NCBI GenBank assembly: GCA_051294905.1
Contig: CM119371.1
Location: 41,108,001-41,172,000, forward strand
Source of the DNA: Botryllus schlosseri
Taxonomy: Eukaryota
Direction: 5' to 3'
DNA: 64,000 bases
Shown here: positions 1-12,286 of the stretch, in pieces
Position numbering within the stretch: position 1 is the first letter of the stretch
How the letters are laid out: each line of letters begins with the position of its first letter
Notes under the pieces: model-generated
Databases searched by the model: none
The model's input: only the letters and a program-made list of their open reading frames with translations
Told to the model about the DNA's origin: nothing
Translations under genes and position numbers: made by a program

Positions 1-1439
1 TTTTTAGGGTATAAATATCTTCTGACAAAGAGCCAATCTGACCAAACTAATGTGATATTCGTAATCAGCAACCTCCAACACCCCAGAAACGGCTCTTATT
101 TTCATTTTGTTGACCAGTGTAATTATTACGGGGGCATGAAATTTTTCACTACCATCAAGGGTCTGAAAAGTTTGAGAACCACCAATTTTAAATGGTTGGT
201 TGGCTTAGCAAGTGTGTGGTGTCTTGACTATGGAAGATATGCTAAATTCAATGTATGATTCAGGAATGTTCCCCAACTGCATCGAACACATCTGTCGAAA
301 TGACTTTAGAATTAGTTTGGGAAATATACATCTGCCTATTTGAAAGTTACCTTTGTTTATATTGGATACTTGAAGTATTATCGCATGGTATTCCTTGTTT
401 TAGACCTCTCTAGCTCCCCTAACTTACATAACATTCTTTAATTGAAATAATCAAATCTGACTTACTCCAGGCCTAATTCTGCGTCTATGGATCTTGACGC
501 AACCCACTTAACGTTTGGGCTGTACCTAGCCCTTGGTCACCATAAAGTGGCATGGTGTAAAATACACAATTTGTTGACAGTCATTTCTGTTCATGCGTTT
601 GTTTCCATGAATAAAGCTGCCGCATAATCTTGAATAAACATTGAATTTGGCAGATATTTGTATTGACGCTCATTTCCTAAATACAGAAATACATGTAGAA
701 AGTTACTTTTTGTGTAGCCTAGGTCTATATATGCTGTATGGACGACACTTTTGAATATGCATATATTGCATATGTGCTTTTATTTATTTAATTTTTAAAG
801 TTCTTTAATGATGTGTTTAATGTCTCAAATGAAGGTGTGAAACGCTTTTCACTTTGTAATAAATTCCGACAGCCTCATATACTTCAAGTAGCTCATGTCC
901 ATTTTATCGAAGTTTGAGATTCCTTTTTCAAATGGATAGAAAAATAGGATTTTGGTTACATTTTCGTGCCTTTTCTGCCATATCAATGTTTTTCAAACTA
1001 TTTCAACGGCAACCATGACGAAGATATGGCTGAAAGAAAATGAAATCTTGACATAAAGTTAATTTTCTCAAAATAAATAAAATTGACGTATGGTAGGCTA
1101 CTGTGATTCAACAGCGACAATTTGTTCTGGCGATTTAATTTGATATACTGTTTGAATCAGTGGTTCCCAAACTGTGTAGTAGGTACCACCAGTGGCACGC
1201 AGGAGCATCTCAAGTGGTAGGTGAATAAGTTCAGCTAACCAACAAATTTCTAAATTGAAAAATATGTAGGGCGAGATTTCTAATTTGTATTTTATCCAAG
1301 TACTGTTAGGCCTACCAAAACTGCATTTGTATGACTGAGGCAGGGAAGCTTCATGCCCGTGGTTACTTAAAATTGTCATTGTATGGTATTTACGGTGGCC
1401 AATTATTTAGATATTTATTGTTGGTGTGACCACCGTAAA

Positions 1440-1745
1440 TACTATTTTATTCAAAACCAAATTTTTCGACGGCAATAACTCCGCTTCCACTGGTTGGAAT
1501 TGAGCCAAATTTGGTGAACATCGTTTCAATGGTAGAAAACCTAACAACTTCATGGGTGAACAGAAAATTATGAATATTTTGATTATTTTTCTATTGTGAA
1601 TAAAAAACTTTATTCTCCTGTAGCAATGCGGCTACTGGTTGGAATTGGACCAAATTTGGTGTGTAGCCTTTAATTATGTAACCTAACAAATTTATCATGT
1701 AGCCAGTACAATTTAAGAAGAAAAGTCATTTTTGAACACCCGTAA
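1440..1745. mobile_element. Degenerate copy of the TAGGGCTGTT foldback MITE family
   Basis: Contains ATAACTCCGCTTCCACTGGTTGGAATTGAGCCAAATTTGG and ends TTTTTGAACACCCGTA, similar to the arms of 14806-15425 and 45000-45614; boundaries approximate. Confidence 0.55.
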
Positions 1746-2637
1746 TGTAGCCCACGCCCGTGGTTGAAACTATAATCAGGCGTGCAGCGATGAATGCCAT
1801 TGTGAAATCCCTGGGCAAGTCAGGAGAGAATCATACTCCCCCAAAAGCTGCAAAGCTTCTTTTAAAACAGGCTCTGTAATAACTTCTCTGAACAAATATA
1901 TCTATTCCCTGAAAAATGACTTGCGGTTTGCACGATATGCTGTGTTACGGACTGTTAAAGCAATCTTTGCCGCAATTGCAAAATATTCCATACCAGAAGA
2001 GTGTACCAAATCTTGCCTTCGCAGCAAACCATTCGTGCCAAACTACTCTACTCATATGTGCCCATTGGGAACACTCATCAAGACAACGGACATGGTGAAC
2101 ATTGTTGTCATGTGGTCATGAGGAACACTTCTCGAACTCCAAAACTATAATATTATTATGGTATTAGGGAAGTGGCACTCAAAATCAACCCAAAAGCCGA
2201 AATTGACATGGGGTCACCTGACTGATTACCCCTCGGTTGGTCAGCTATAATCTTGCTTTTATAGATATACGATATCTTTATTTTTTATACTTGACCGTTA
2301 TTCATTTTGTTGCTCTATTCATGCGATTTGGCAATGGCAATACACAGTGATGTATATTACAGTAGCTAAACCCTCTGTAATTACACAGTGTAAGAATTAT
2401 TTCAGCTGTGCAACAATTACACAGCAGCAGATTCACAGCAAGGAAAAGCAAGCAACTGATGAGATTACTTTTTTTAAATTTTCTTACTATTCATTGGTGT
2501 TACGCAATGGCATCCGTCACTGTTCTCTCTGGAGACAGTAATCTGCATAGCCGTTATTCTGAATGCATTCCCATGTTGCTCTTATCGTTTCTCCATGCGT
2601 ACGACCTAAATATTTATAATTAACCATCCATCATATT

Positions 2638-3202
2638 GCGCGTAGTAGCCGGAAAATAGGAGGGTTTGAAATAGAAAGGAGGCCAGGAGGGGTTTTTGAT
2701 TTTTTCATTAGCCTTGAGTGCATGCGAAAGGGACGATTATACTGTCTCCTCACGTTCACGAACTGATGCCGTAACGCGTATAATAAGCTTGCCAGCGAGT
2801 CCGGAAGTGCTGTCAATTAGCGCGTCCCTGATCTCTCGTGAACAATTAAATACGCGCGCTTATCAACCCGTATTTCGTGGTCTCAGTGTCGATTCGAGTA
2901 AGTTGAAATGTCCGAGTTGTTCTGGAATCTGTTCTGAAATGACACAGAATTCAGGCGGTTGAATTTCAAACCTTTCGATCGCGTCGTGTTACATTGTGCT
3001 GTGCACAGACAATCTCGCTAATTGGCAACACGCTTCTCGCTAATTGGCCACGTTTAACACTGATAATACGAATTCTTGAATCGCAACCAAGTATTAGCGT
3101 TAGAACGGTCATTTCAAAAGGATAGGGTTTCGCGTTTAAGGAAGGAGTTTCGCGCTTCAAAAGCCGGGGTTTCGACTCGCCACTCCCCTGGCTACGCGCC
3201 TA
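2638..3202 (-). mobile_element. Non-autonomous hAT-like element, short reverse-oriented relative of 21818-23342
   Basis: Right end CTGGCTACGCGCCTA is the reverse complement of the 21818 terminus; internal blocks match both subterminal regions of that element; left TIR degenerate. Confidence 0.7.
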
Positions 3203-3251
3203 GCCCCCAAATTCAGTCATCAATAACTGAATAGTATATTCATATTAAAAT

Positions 3252-3298
3252 GAACCCGAATATTTTCGGCTGACACTCGTCAGGGGTAATCGTCAGCA
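3252..3298 (-). ncRNA. Minimal type I hammerhead ribozyme in the 3' pLTR
   Basis: Minus strand reads GCTGACGATT-ACCC-CTGACGA-GTGTCAGCC-GAAA-ATATTC-GGGT: intact CUGANGA/GAAA/UH core, ACCC:GGGT stem I, palindromic AATATT stem III. Confidence 0.88.
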
Positions 3299-3388
3299 AC
3301 TAGTAGAGAATTCGAAAGAACAGCGTATATCAACAATCGTAACACAAAATATGACGTCACCAGCACGAAATGTCGAATACGAGAGCGT

Positions 3389-5017
3389 TCAATGTACTAT
3401 TTTTAGATGATACACGAACTCTTTTTGTTGACACAGCCTTGGCTGGTGTATTTTGATAAAAGTCGACTCCAAGGCGCACAAATGAAAGTGTGAGCGACCC
3501 TTTCCGAGTATGCGAAATCTGTCGTCTCGATAATTTTTCGCGCAGGCGGGATTATCCAACAAGTGTTTGCCAATTGCAGAATTTATGGCCTTTGATTGTT
3601 CCGCATCAATCTTGAGCGGGTGAGTTAAGGGTGAGCTTTTCATCGAGCGTGTTCTAATGAATCTAGGGACATGCTGATTTATGCGTTCCTGCAATCGCTT
3701 TGACGTTCTTCCCACGTAGCCACAATCACAGTGACACTTAAATTCGTAAACTACATTGCTTTGCTGAAGTGCGGGTAGCACGTCTTTACGTGTTGCGGGG
3801 AGCAGTTGCGCTGTCGTGAAAATCACGTTGGTCTTCACTGTGTCGTAACACTTATTGACCGCTGAAATCAATTGCTTTTCAAAGCGGGTGGAAATAGGCC
3901 CTATCCAAGGTAGATGGATGTAAACATCTTTGGTTGTTCGTTCGGTAGGCTCTGTTGACTTTTCTGCATTGAAATGCGTTACTTTCCTCTCTATGCCACG
4001 GTTGATGACATGTTCAGGGTAACCGTTATCAAGTAAGATTTTCCGGATATTGTCAAGTTCTGAGTTCAGTTTATTACCCGAACATATCATCAACGCTCTA
4101 TGCACGAGGGTGCCTATGAGGTTGATTTTTCCGCGTCTAGGACTAAATGAGTTCCAACGAAGGTATTGGCCAGTGAATGTCGGTTTCCGGAAGATTGACG
4201 TTTCAAATTTATTGGTATCATGTTTTTCGACTAAAACGTCCAAAAATGACAATGAGTTATTTCGTTCTTTTTCAATTGTGAATAACAGAGCCGGGTGAAG
4301 CGAGTTTAAGTGAATGAGAAATTGATCACAGTCTATCTCATTTCTGAAAATGACAAAAGTGTCGTCTACATAACGTCGGTACAACACCGGTTTGGCGGAC
4401 ACACGCTGGGTGAGAAGCTCGACCTCATAAAATCCTACGAAAATGTTAGCCAAAATAGGTCCCAAGGGAGATCCCATCGATATGCCGTCTATTTGTTTAT
4501 AGATAACATCGTTAAAGCTAAATTCAACAGAACATGTAGCTGCCTGTAAAAGTTCAACAAAAACTTTACGCGGCATTGATGGTGGTGCTAGCTTACCGCC
4601 GTAAAGCGCGTTCGCACAAATATCGATAGTCTCTTGCAGCGGAACGTTTGTAAAGAGACTAGAGATATCAAATGAGCTCAAGAACACTTCTGAATCCGGC
4701 AGGTTCAGGTTTCGCATTTCACTGGCGAAAGTGAACGAATCACGAACACATTCGGTGCCGTACAGTTCGCGAACAGGTTCCAAGATGCCGATAAGCCATT
4801 TTGCCAGTTGATGTTGAGCAGACCCGATCATAGACAGTATCGGTCTCATGGGAACGTTTTCTTTGTGAGTTTTTGGTAGTCCATACATGCGTGGTCTTTG
4901 CGATCCCGTTGGTCTGATTGAGCTATATATTTCCGCAGTCAAAATAGTACATAGTACATAGTACAAAATAGTACATTGAACGCTCTCGTATTCGACATTT
5001 CGTGCTGGTGACGTCAT
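3389..5017 (-). CDS. Penelope-type reverse transcriptase / GIY-YIG endonuclease (first ~26 aa come from the inverted pLTR and junction)
   Basis: YGLPKTHK..PMRPI, SFDISSLFTNV, QIDGISMGSPLG, RYVDDTF, FLDV; endonuclease NVVYEFKCHCDCGYVGRT...RINQH...AIGKHL; uninterrupted frame. Confidence 0.93.
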   Translation of the reverse strand: MTSPARNVEYESVQCTILYYVLCTILTAEIYSSIRPTGSQRPRMYGLPKTHKENVPMRPILSMIGSAQHQLAKWLIGILEPVRELYGTECVRDSFTFASEMRNLNLPDSEVFLSSFDISSLFTNVPLQETIDICANALYGGKLAPPSMPRKVFVELLQAATCSVEFSFNDVIYKQIDGISMGSPLGPILANIFVGFYEVELLTQRVSAKPVLYRRYVDDTFVIFRNEIDCDQFLIHLNSLHPALLFTIEKERNNSLSFLDVLVEKHDTNKFETSIFRKPTFTGQYLRWNSFSPRRGKINLIGTLVHRALMICSGNKLNSELDNIRKILLDNGYPEHVINRGIERKVTHFNAEKSTEPTERTTKDVYIHLPWIGPISTRFEKQLISAVNKCYDTVKTNVIFTTAQLLPATRKDVLPALQQSNVVYEFKCHCDCGYVGRTSKRLQERINQHVPRFIRTRSMKSSPLTHPLKIDAEQSKAINSAIGKHLLDNPACAKNYRDDRFRILGKGRSHFHLCALESTFIKIHQPRLCQQKEFVYHLKIVH

Positions 5018-5069
5018 ATTTTGTGTTACGATTGTTGATATACGCTGTTCTTTCGAATTCTCTACTAGT

Positions 5070-5116
5070 TTCTGACGATTACCCCTGACGAGTGTCAGCC
5101 GAAAATATTCGGGTTC
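5070..5116 (+). ncRNA. Minimal type I hammerhead ribozyme in the inverted pLTR
   Basis: ACCC-CTGACGA(5085-5091)-GTGTCAGCC-GAAA-ATATTC-GGGT; predicted cleavage after C5110. Confidence 0.88.
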
Positions 5117-7575
5117 ATTTTAATATGAATATACTATTCAATTGTATATTGAAGTTCTGTACCTCAAAGAAGCTGTTCATCAATAACTGTGATTCATTCC
5201 TGCATTTGGAGTTGTTCATTATTCACATATCTGTATAGAATTGAGTAAAATCTCTAAATCTATACTCTTATATAGAGAAGTTAACATGAGCAGGATTATC
5301 TGATCCTTGTTGCATTGGCATTTGTACATAGATTTAACCCGATTAACCTATTATAATTTAGAACATTGTCTGATTTCAAGATATACCTCCTCTCCCCCTT
5401 TTGTTTAACCTCCCCGCCTTTCTTTCGGCTTGCTATGCGCCTGGTGTTACAGCATATCAATAATGCTAATAGCTGATAAATACTCGTGCATGTTAGTAAA
5501 AATAGTCATCCAGGACCTTAATGGTTCTATGCAGTGTTATGGAAAATATAAGTTGGTGGTATGCGAACTGAAAAGGGCTGAGAAACCCTGTCCCAGAAGT
5601 TAACGCGTCAGAACGTCATTTTTAATTAATGGATATGTACTGTACAATGAGCTCGCGAAAAATCCTAGTCTTGACGTAAAATCTAGCACTGGCAGCAACC
5701 AAGCTAATTCGCATGCACTGGATGGCCTTTGCTAATCCCTTGTTTGTGAAAATCAGTGGTATCGAGATCTCATGTACAATGTGTTTATCGCAGTAGTACA
5801 CAGTAACGGTACAGTAGTTAGTTAGGTGCCATGTTCATTATAAACCTAAAACTGGAGCATTCCTTAATCGAAGTTAATACTTGGCAGCGAGCCAGCTTGT
5901 TCTACGACTTAAGCCCAGGCCATGACAACCCGATATTTTAGTACTGGTATAGTATAGATTATGTGTTCACGCAAACGTGAATGGCCATGCTTAAACTGTT
6001 GCATAATGATGCAGTGTTAAATTTTTAGCGACTATGTGGCTCGTTTAGCCTACTTCCACTTCGCTTCAACCTAACAGTTTTCAAGGCAAAACTACTTATT
6101 TCGTTCACTTATAATTTGGTAAAATAGAAAATAGTATCAAGGCATTTTTGCATCACCTTCATTAGTGAACTGTGTGTGATTAGTGAACAAATGAGCTAAA
6201 TAGCGCCTGTATCGCGGTAACTGAAATTACGTTTCAAAATTGCGCCTGTTTACAGTTTGCATTTGGCGTTAAGTCGCTTAGATGCACTTGGCAATTTCAG
6301 AAGTAGAAACTCTCATAAATAAAAAATATGAATTGTGGTTGGGAGCACGGGAACTAACTGTAGTTTTATGTAAAATTTCGAGAAAGTACAGGGGGAAATG
6401 AAATAATGTCATTATTGCATAGAATTCATGTATTACCATGAGGAATATTTTTGTACATGGACCGGCAAAGCCCTTGCGTTAGATAACAATCCTAAGAGAA
6501 TTGATTAGGACAGTCTCACTGGTTCACCAGAGGTGAAGACTAGTATTATGTATGATGACATGATGATCTTCTTGGCCATCATTGGCTACAAGAAATCTGT
6601 CCAATCTGTAGTCGAAGAGTGACAATTGTGGTGGTACGTCTTGAACAGTGGCGTATGCAGCGAAGTTAGTGTTTGAAAGCAAACCCCGTACTTCTAAAAT
6701 GCTGATTCCATCTCCAAATTTATTAGCTCATTGGCAATTGAGGAATTGGTATCACGCTGTTTTGTTTCCGCAGAACGATATGATGACACTTTGCAAGGTG
6801 AAGCCTCGCATTTCTGAACTGGTATCTCCAACGGAACAGCAGAACTCATACTCGTTTTCAGTCAGTCGTATATTTTTATTCATTCAATGAGAAAATATTC
6901 GCAATAATATTTGTTAATTATGTTGTATTGGTTCTGTTCTGTTAACACTCTGTTGTTGCACAGTTCATTTTGCACACCAAAAATCTATCGTAGTGTATTA
7001 GATGCTCAACACAAGTGTTTGCCAGGTCAATAATGTCCAAGAACCACCGAGATAAGAGTGAATCAGCATACTCGAATAGATAACGTAACGTAAGCTTAGG
7101 TATACTCTGAACATTGTTTCGACAAGTCATGCCGATTTTAAGTGCTTCAGCATTGAATGCCTTGGGAGAGTGCAAACTTTTTAACAATTTTGTGTTTTCG
7201 TCATTCTGATAATGATTTTGATCATACTTCTGTCGCCCTTAATCTATTGTCAAGAACAGCCACCGTTTGCTGTCTGGACTGTCCCCAAAATCTAATAACC
7301 ATTAATAGAAATGTTGATATGTATCATGGGAAACAGTGGTCGTGTTGTTGCACTTTTCTATATGGTGCGTGTGTCTATTGTATCATAGAAGCGCTGACTT
7401 ATTTATATTTTAAAAAGTAGCCAGCTCCACCGCTTAAAGTATCTTAATATGCGAATATTTCTTGTTCAGCCTCATATCGATTGCGATAGACAATTATTTA
7501 GTACGGAGCATAACAAAATCAAGTTCAGTAATAGCTGCAATAAAACATTCGCAGCAGTTCCTTTCAAACTTTCGA

Positions 7576-8616
7576 ATGGGGAGTCACAGGCAGTCTGCGG
7601 GATGTGGATGTGAGATTTGCGGCAAAGTGTTTGCCGCCAAGCGGAAATTGAAAAAGCATATGAATATTCACACTGGGTCCAAAAATTTTGAATGCGATAT
7701 TTGTGGCAAAAAGTTTCTTTCCAGTGGAAAGCTTTTGTCCCATATCGCAATACACACAGAAGCTTACACTGGCAGTTGCGAGATTTGCGGCAAAGTGTTT
7801 CACACGAGGCAGTACTTAAAAAGTCATATGGCAATTCACATAATTACCAAACACTATCAATGTGATATTTGTGGCAAAAAATTTCTTTACAGTGGACACT
7901 TTTGGGCCCATGTCAAAATACACACGAAAGAGTACATGAGCAGCTGCGAGATTTGTGGCAGGGAATGCTATTCCAAGATAGGTGTCAAGGTTCATATGAA
8001 GGTGCACCTTCCAAAGGAAACCCTCCCATGTGAGGTCTGCGGAAAGTTGTTCCTGTCGATGCCACATCTGAAAAATCACATGGCGGGACATGAAGTTAGT
8101 ATTCCTGGCTCTGAAGATGCCCAGGGCCAAAGCTTGGACGAACACTTTAAAAACAACGCCAACCTCAAAAAGTATGAATGCAAAGTGTGCGGAAAATCAT
8201 TTCCCCGAAGGATCAGTCTCATTAGACATCTCAAACATCATGCCCGGGACAGGACCCGAGACCATCCCTGTGAGGTCTGTGGCAAAATGTATTTGACAAA
8301 CCAACATTTAAAGAGACATATGATTGCTCATCTCGTGACTGCAAAAAATTTTGTATGTTCAATCTGCGGAAAGGGATTCATTACTTTCGATCAAATGAGA
8401 CTCCATATGACGTCGCATATCGTGAAGAACTATCCTTGTGAAATTTGTGGTCAGATATTACACAGCAAGCTGGGATTCATGTTGCATATGAATATGCATG
8501 CAGGGTTAACCACTCATCATTGCGAGATGTGTGGGAAGTCATTTGTCCACATCGCTAGATTAAAGCACCATCGACGCATTCACATTACCCCTAAAAATAC
8601 TGCAGCTGAGGGGTGA
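7576..8616 (+). CDS. C2H2 zinc-finger protein, 11 fingers (6+5 with a spacer)
   Basis: 11 CxxC-x12-HxxxH motifs; first ATG at 7576 (the ORF track opens at TTG 7462); no effector domain visible. Confidence 0.88.
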   Translation: MGSHRQSAGCGCEICGKVFAAKRKLKKHMNIHTGSKNFECDICGKKFLSSGKLLSHIAIHTEAYTGSCEICGKVFHTRQYLKSHMAIHIITKHYQCDICGKKFLYSGHFWAHVKIHTKEYMSSCEICGRECYSKIGVKVHMKVHLPKETLPCEVCGKLFLSMPHLKNHMAGHEVSIPGSEDAQGQSLDEHFKNNANLKKYECKVCGKSFPRRISLIRHLKHHARDRTRDHPCEVCGKMYLTNQHLKRHMIAHLVTAKNFVCSICGKGFITFDQMRLHMTSHIVKNYPCEICGQILHSKLGFMLHMNMHAGLTTHHCEMCGKSFVHIARLKHHRRIHITPKNTAAEG

Positions 8617-9679
8617 TTGCGTGAAATCATTTATGATAACAAAAGTTGTATAGTGATATTGGGAATGCGGTTTGTATTTACGTCGGTGTGACACTGCTGT
8701 ATTTGAAGTGGAGAAAAGGTTACTATAAAATGCCTTTCGGATTTTGGCCTGTTTTGATGTTTTCTCACTGCGCATCGTCACAACAAATTTTTGATTTTGA
8801 CAGCAACAGTGACAACTGCTACACAGCGTCCTTGTAATTTTGCTTAAGTACTTTCATTTTCATCGTACTCTCATGCCTTTCTGTGTTCAAAATTCATGAT
8901 TTCTCGAATTTCGCTACTGAATGTGTGTGAAACTGTGTATTGCCTTGCTATATAAACTTACTGCAACCACATCCTATCATTAGTCGCACTGTGCAAGCTG
9001 ACAGAACAAAGTTGGCACAACTTTTTTCCCTTCAGAAGGAAGTAATTTTTTATTGCCCTGTGTCTTATGTCTTCCAGTATTTTATACTTCAGGTTGCAAA
9101 TAATGATCATCGATACAGATCGTACTCGAAAAACCATAATTTTATGGAGATGTGGCTTGCTTTTCTCTCCGGCCAACCATGAGGGACGACTTTTCCTTCA
9201 ACATTAAAATTTCAATTTCAACACTGTTTTATAATTCTTAATTTTTCATAACTGCGAACTGTCCTAGTTACGTGTGCTGCTGAAATAGCCTTCATCTTAG
9301 CAGTAGGTAAATGAAATTCGCGGATACTCGTAGGACTCCTGATTCGTGGAGGCTGCGTCAAACTTGTACTGATATTGGCGCGCGACTAGCAATACAAGCA
9401 GCGATATGTGTTTGACGTCCTGTGATCATAATTGTTTGAATCGCATGTAAGGCAGATTTTTTTCTGTCCGGCATGTACTGACTGTATTTGATATTGTGAC
9501 AGCTACTTGATACTGGATGTTGTTTATATTACAATGTAATTTTGTCTTTACAGATAACAAGTGTTACAGTCTAGTTTATTCAACTTGCATTAGACCAGTT
9601 AAATTCAACTTGTAGACACTGAAACTCCAAGAAGAGACGCAGGTCGAAAATCAGTTACGTTCTCTGGGGATTTGCGGAT

Positions 9680-10380
9680 ATGGAATGTCCAATGTGCGGC
9701 AAGAACTACAAATAAAATTACATAAAGATCCACATGCGCAACCACTACAGAATCAAGCCACACGCTTGCTCCATCTGCAGCGAAGGCTTTTCCACCTAGG
9801 CAAGTCTGTAACATCACATCCTTTGAAAATGCCCCTCCATAACATTTGTCCAGACGTTTAGCAGGGACTTGCTATTGGAAAACCACACCAGTACGCAAGA
9901 CAATCGCCTATAACTGCAGCATAAAACGTATTGTGAACTGATACCGGTTACCCTCAAAATTTAGCGAAAGCGTTATTTCACGTCATACTGGTCGTTCTGG
10001 ATGAGTTTATGACGCTGTCATTGGTCATTGGTCACGCAATATAATTTTCGATACATACATTCCAGAGCAGTTAACTGGTAATGGTAATCCCGCATGTGTC
10101 TCCGCAAATATGTAGACTATAATGTTAAACAAATGCGTCTATTTCCCACCAGAAACCATTGAATTACCCTCCGGTTGGGAACCACTGTTCTAAAGGGAAG
10201 ACGTACCATTGTGAGCATTGCAACAAATCATTTCGCACCATGCGGCATGAAATTTGTTACCAAATCGTATCTGGTTAAACATATCGACATTCGCAATCCT
10301 GTTCCTAGTTATCAGTGTAAGATCTGCAGAAAGAGCTACAATACAAAATGAATCTTAAAGAGCCATATCAAAAATCCTTA
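9680..10380 (+). pseudogene. Decayed C2H2 zinc-finger gene
   Basis: MECPMCGKNYK*NYIKIHMRNHYRIKPHACSICSEGF; later YHCEHCNKSFRT and YQCKICRKSYNTK*; stops, frameshifts and inserted DNA. Confidence 0.75.
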
Positions 10381-11921
10381 GTAGGCTATTAGGCAGAAAT
10401 ATGACAGCTGTAAGGGCCAGTATGCAATCGGTGTCCTTGGCAATCGTAATCACTCGATGAAGTAGCGTTTACTGACTGAACAACTAACATAAAATGGCTG
10501 TTAGACTTTACAAATGCTATTAATTGATTCTGTATCAAGATCGTTGTCAACGGAACTGCTAATATTTTCACCAGATATTCGTTGAATTTGTGATTTAAAA
10601 TACCGGTCTCTAAAGCGAAGCGAAATCATTTCAGTAAAAGCGTCTGAGAACTTCAACAATGTCCTGCTACAATCGTATGCAACAAAATCTGTTTAGTTAC
10701 TAGAGCCCGACCAGCCAACCACTATCAATATATTCAGCCAATATTGAAAAGATATGACATGTAGCTTGAGGCGAACTTCCAAAACTTCAGAGCTTTTACT
10801 TGAACAGTTTCACAACCATCTCTTGGACATAAAATGAACTAGCAAGGCTGCACCTGTAAGCTATAAGAAATAGGGTCCGTGAATATATCTGCATGTGACA
10901 TAATATCGTATGGCACCTCAGCATGCAACAATTGGGCATGCCAAACTTGAGAATGTGGGAAAAATTTGGGATTAGGATCGGGTATGGTGCGGATTGGGTT
11001 AGGTTTAGATGTAGGTTTGGGGTTACGATATATTTTATTATTTTTGAACAGCCCTCATGCTCATATGCCAAGCGTCCAAAAATAGATCAACATTCCTAGC
11101 CTATCAGTGTTTTTCATTCTATCGCATGCTCATATGTCAAGCACCCAAAAATAGCCGTCTAGCAGTTGTAGATTATAGTTCTACTACCGTGTTGTGACTT
11201 CTGTGAATATTTTCTGTACCGATATTTCTTTGAAAGTCTGATATCAACTTGGTATTATCAGAGAACTGACAATTGGGTAGGTACAAGCCAAATACAAGGC
11301 TCTGTCCACTGATAATCATGAGCATTACTTGATGTTTCATAGCGGTGTGTTTTCATATTGACAGGTTTATATTATGAATCTTGCAATTACTTGAAATCAG
11401 AAGTTATCAGTTATGAAATAATTCTACTTTATATGACTACTCGAGTAGGTTTTGTTGAGTAGGGCTACTTACCATTACCACAACAGCCTGGTGAGTGGTG
11501 ATATAAGCCCCTGTAACCTTTGATCTTTCTATATGAGTTGTGAAGATGTATATTGTGACTTTTGAAGTGCTTGTCACAAAGTTTTCTTGATTAGATGCGA
11601 ACTAGTTTCCATCTTGTTTTGGTATGTTCTGAAAATGCTACTTCTTCTGCGACGTATATTTTAGAAGATGTTTGCTGCAATATTTGTTTTCTTTGTGGTG
11701 CTACCATTAAATGGTGTTAATGTAGTTTCTTTACTCTGATTTGATTATTTATTGTCGAAACTATTATCCTGTACCTTTGTTTGGTTCATTGAAATTGAAA
11801 TGATTACCTTCCGGGCAGGGTATGTATCGAAGTATCGCTATGGTATTGTAGTGGATAGTGTGATTTATTGGCTGCGACGAGGAGGCTTCAACTACGACAA
11901 TTGTTTTAAAAAACCTGAAGC

Positions 11922-12286
11922 ATGAGTCACCTTCATCGTAGCATGCAGCCCTCGGAATGCCCGATATGTGGGAAGAATATATCTACAAAAAAAACTTGGA
12001 ACGGCATGTGCTTGGACACTACGGAGTAAAAAAGTACAATTGCTCTATTTGTGGTCGTACGTTTACGGCAAAAACAGGTTTGGATTATCATATGAATGGT
12101 CACAAAAAAGTTTCGGATAGAAAGACATACGAATGTGAGGTATGCGGAAAATCTCTTCGTTCGAAGCGCGGCATACAGATACACATGAAGGTTCACTTAG
12201 GTATAAAAGACTACAAATGTGATATATGTGGTAATGAGTTCGTTGTCAAGACTGATTTGCATAAACACATGGACACGCACAGCTGA
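11922..12286 (+). pseudogene. 4-finger C2H2 gene with a 1-nt deletion in finger 1 (A8 run)
   Basis: ATG 11922 MSHLHRSMQPSECPICGKNISTK, then a frame change at A8 11987-11994; intact paralog at 27529. Confidence 0.8.

Larger units (their letters stand above)
3230..5176 (-). mobile_element. Penelope-like retroelement, 5'-truncated, with inverted pseudo-LTRs
   Basis: RT+GIY-YIG ORF; 176-bp inverted repeat 3228-3403 / 4965-5140 with 1 mismatch; 36-nt tail 5141-5176; direct repeat TCATCAATAACTG at 3217-3229 and 5177-5189. Confidence 0.95.

Noticed and set aside
4941..5017. N-terminal MTSPARNVEYESVQCTILYYVLCTIL as a native Penelope domain
   Set aside because: It is the antisense reading of the inverted pLTR plus the junction stutter.
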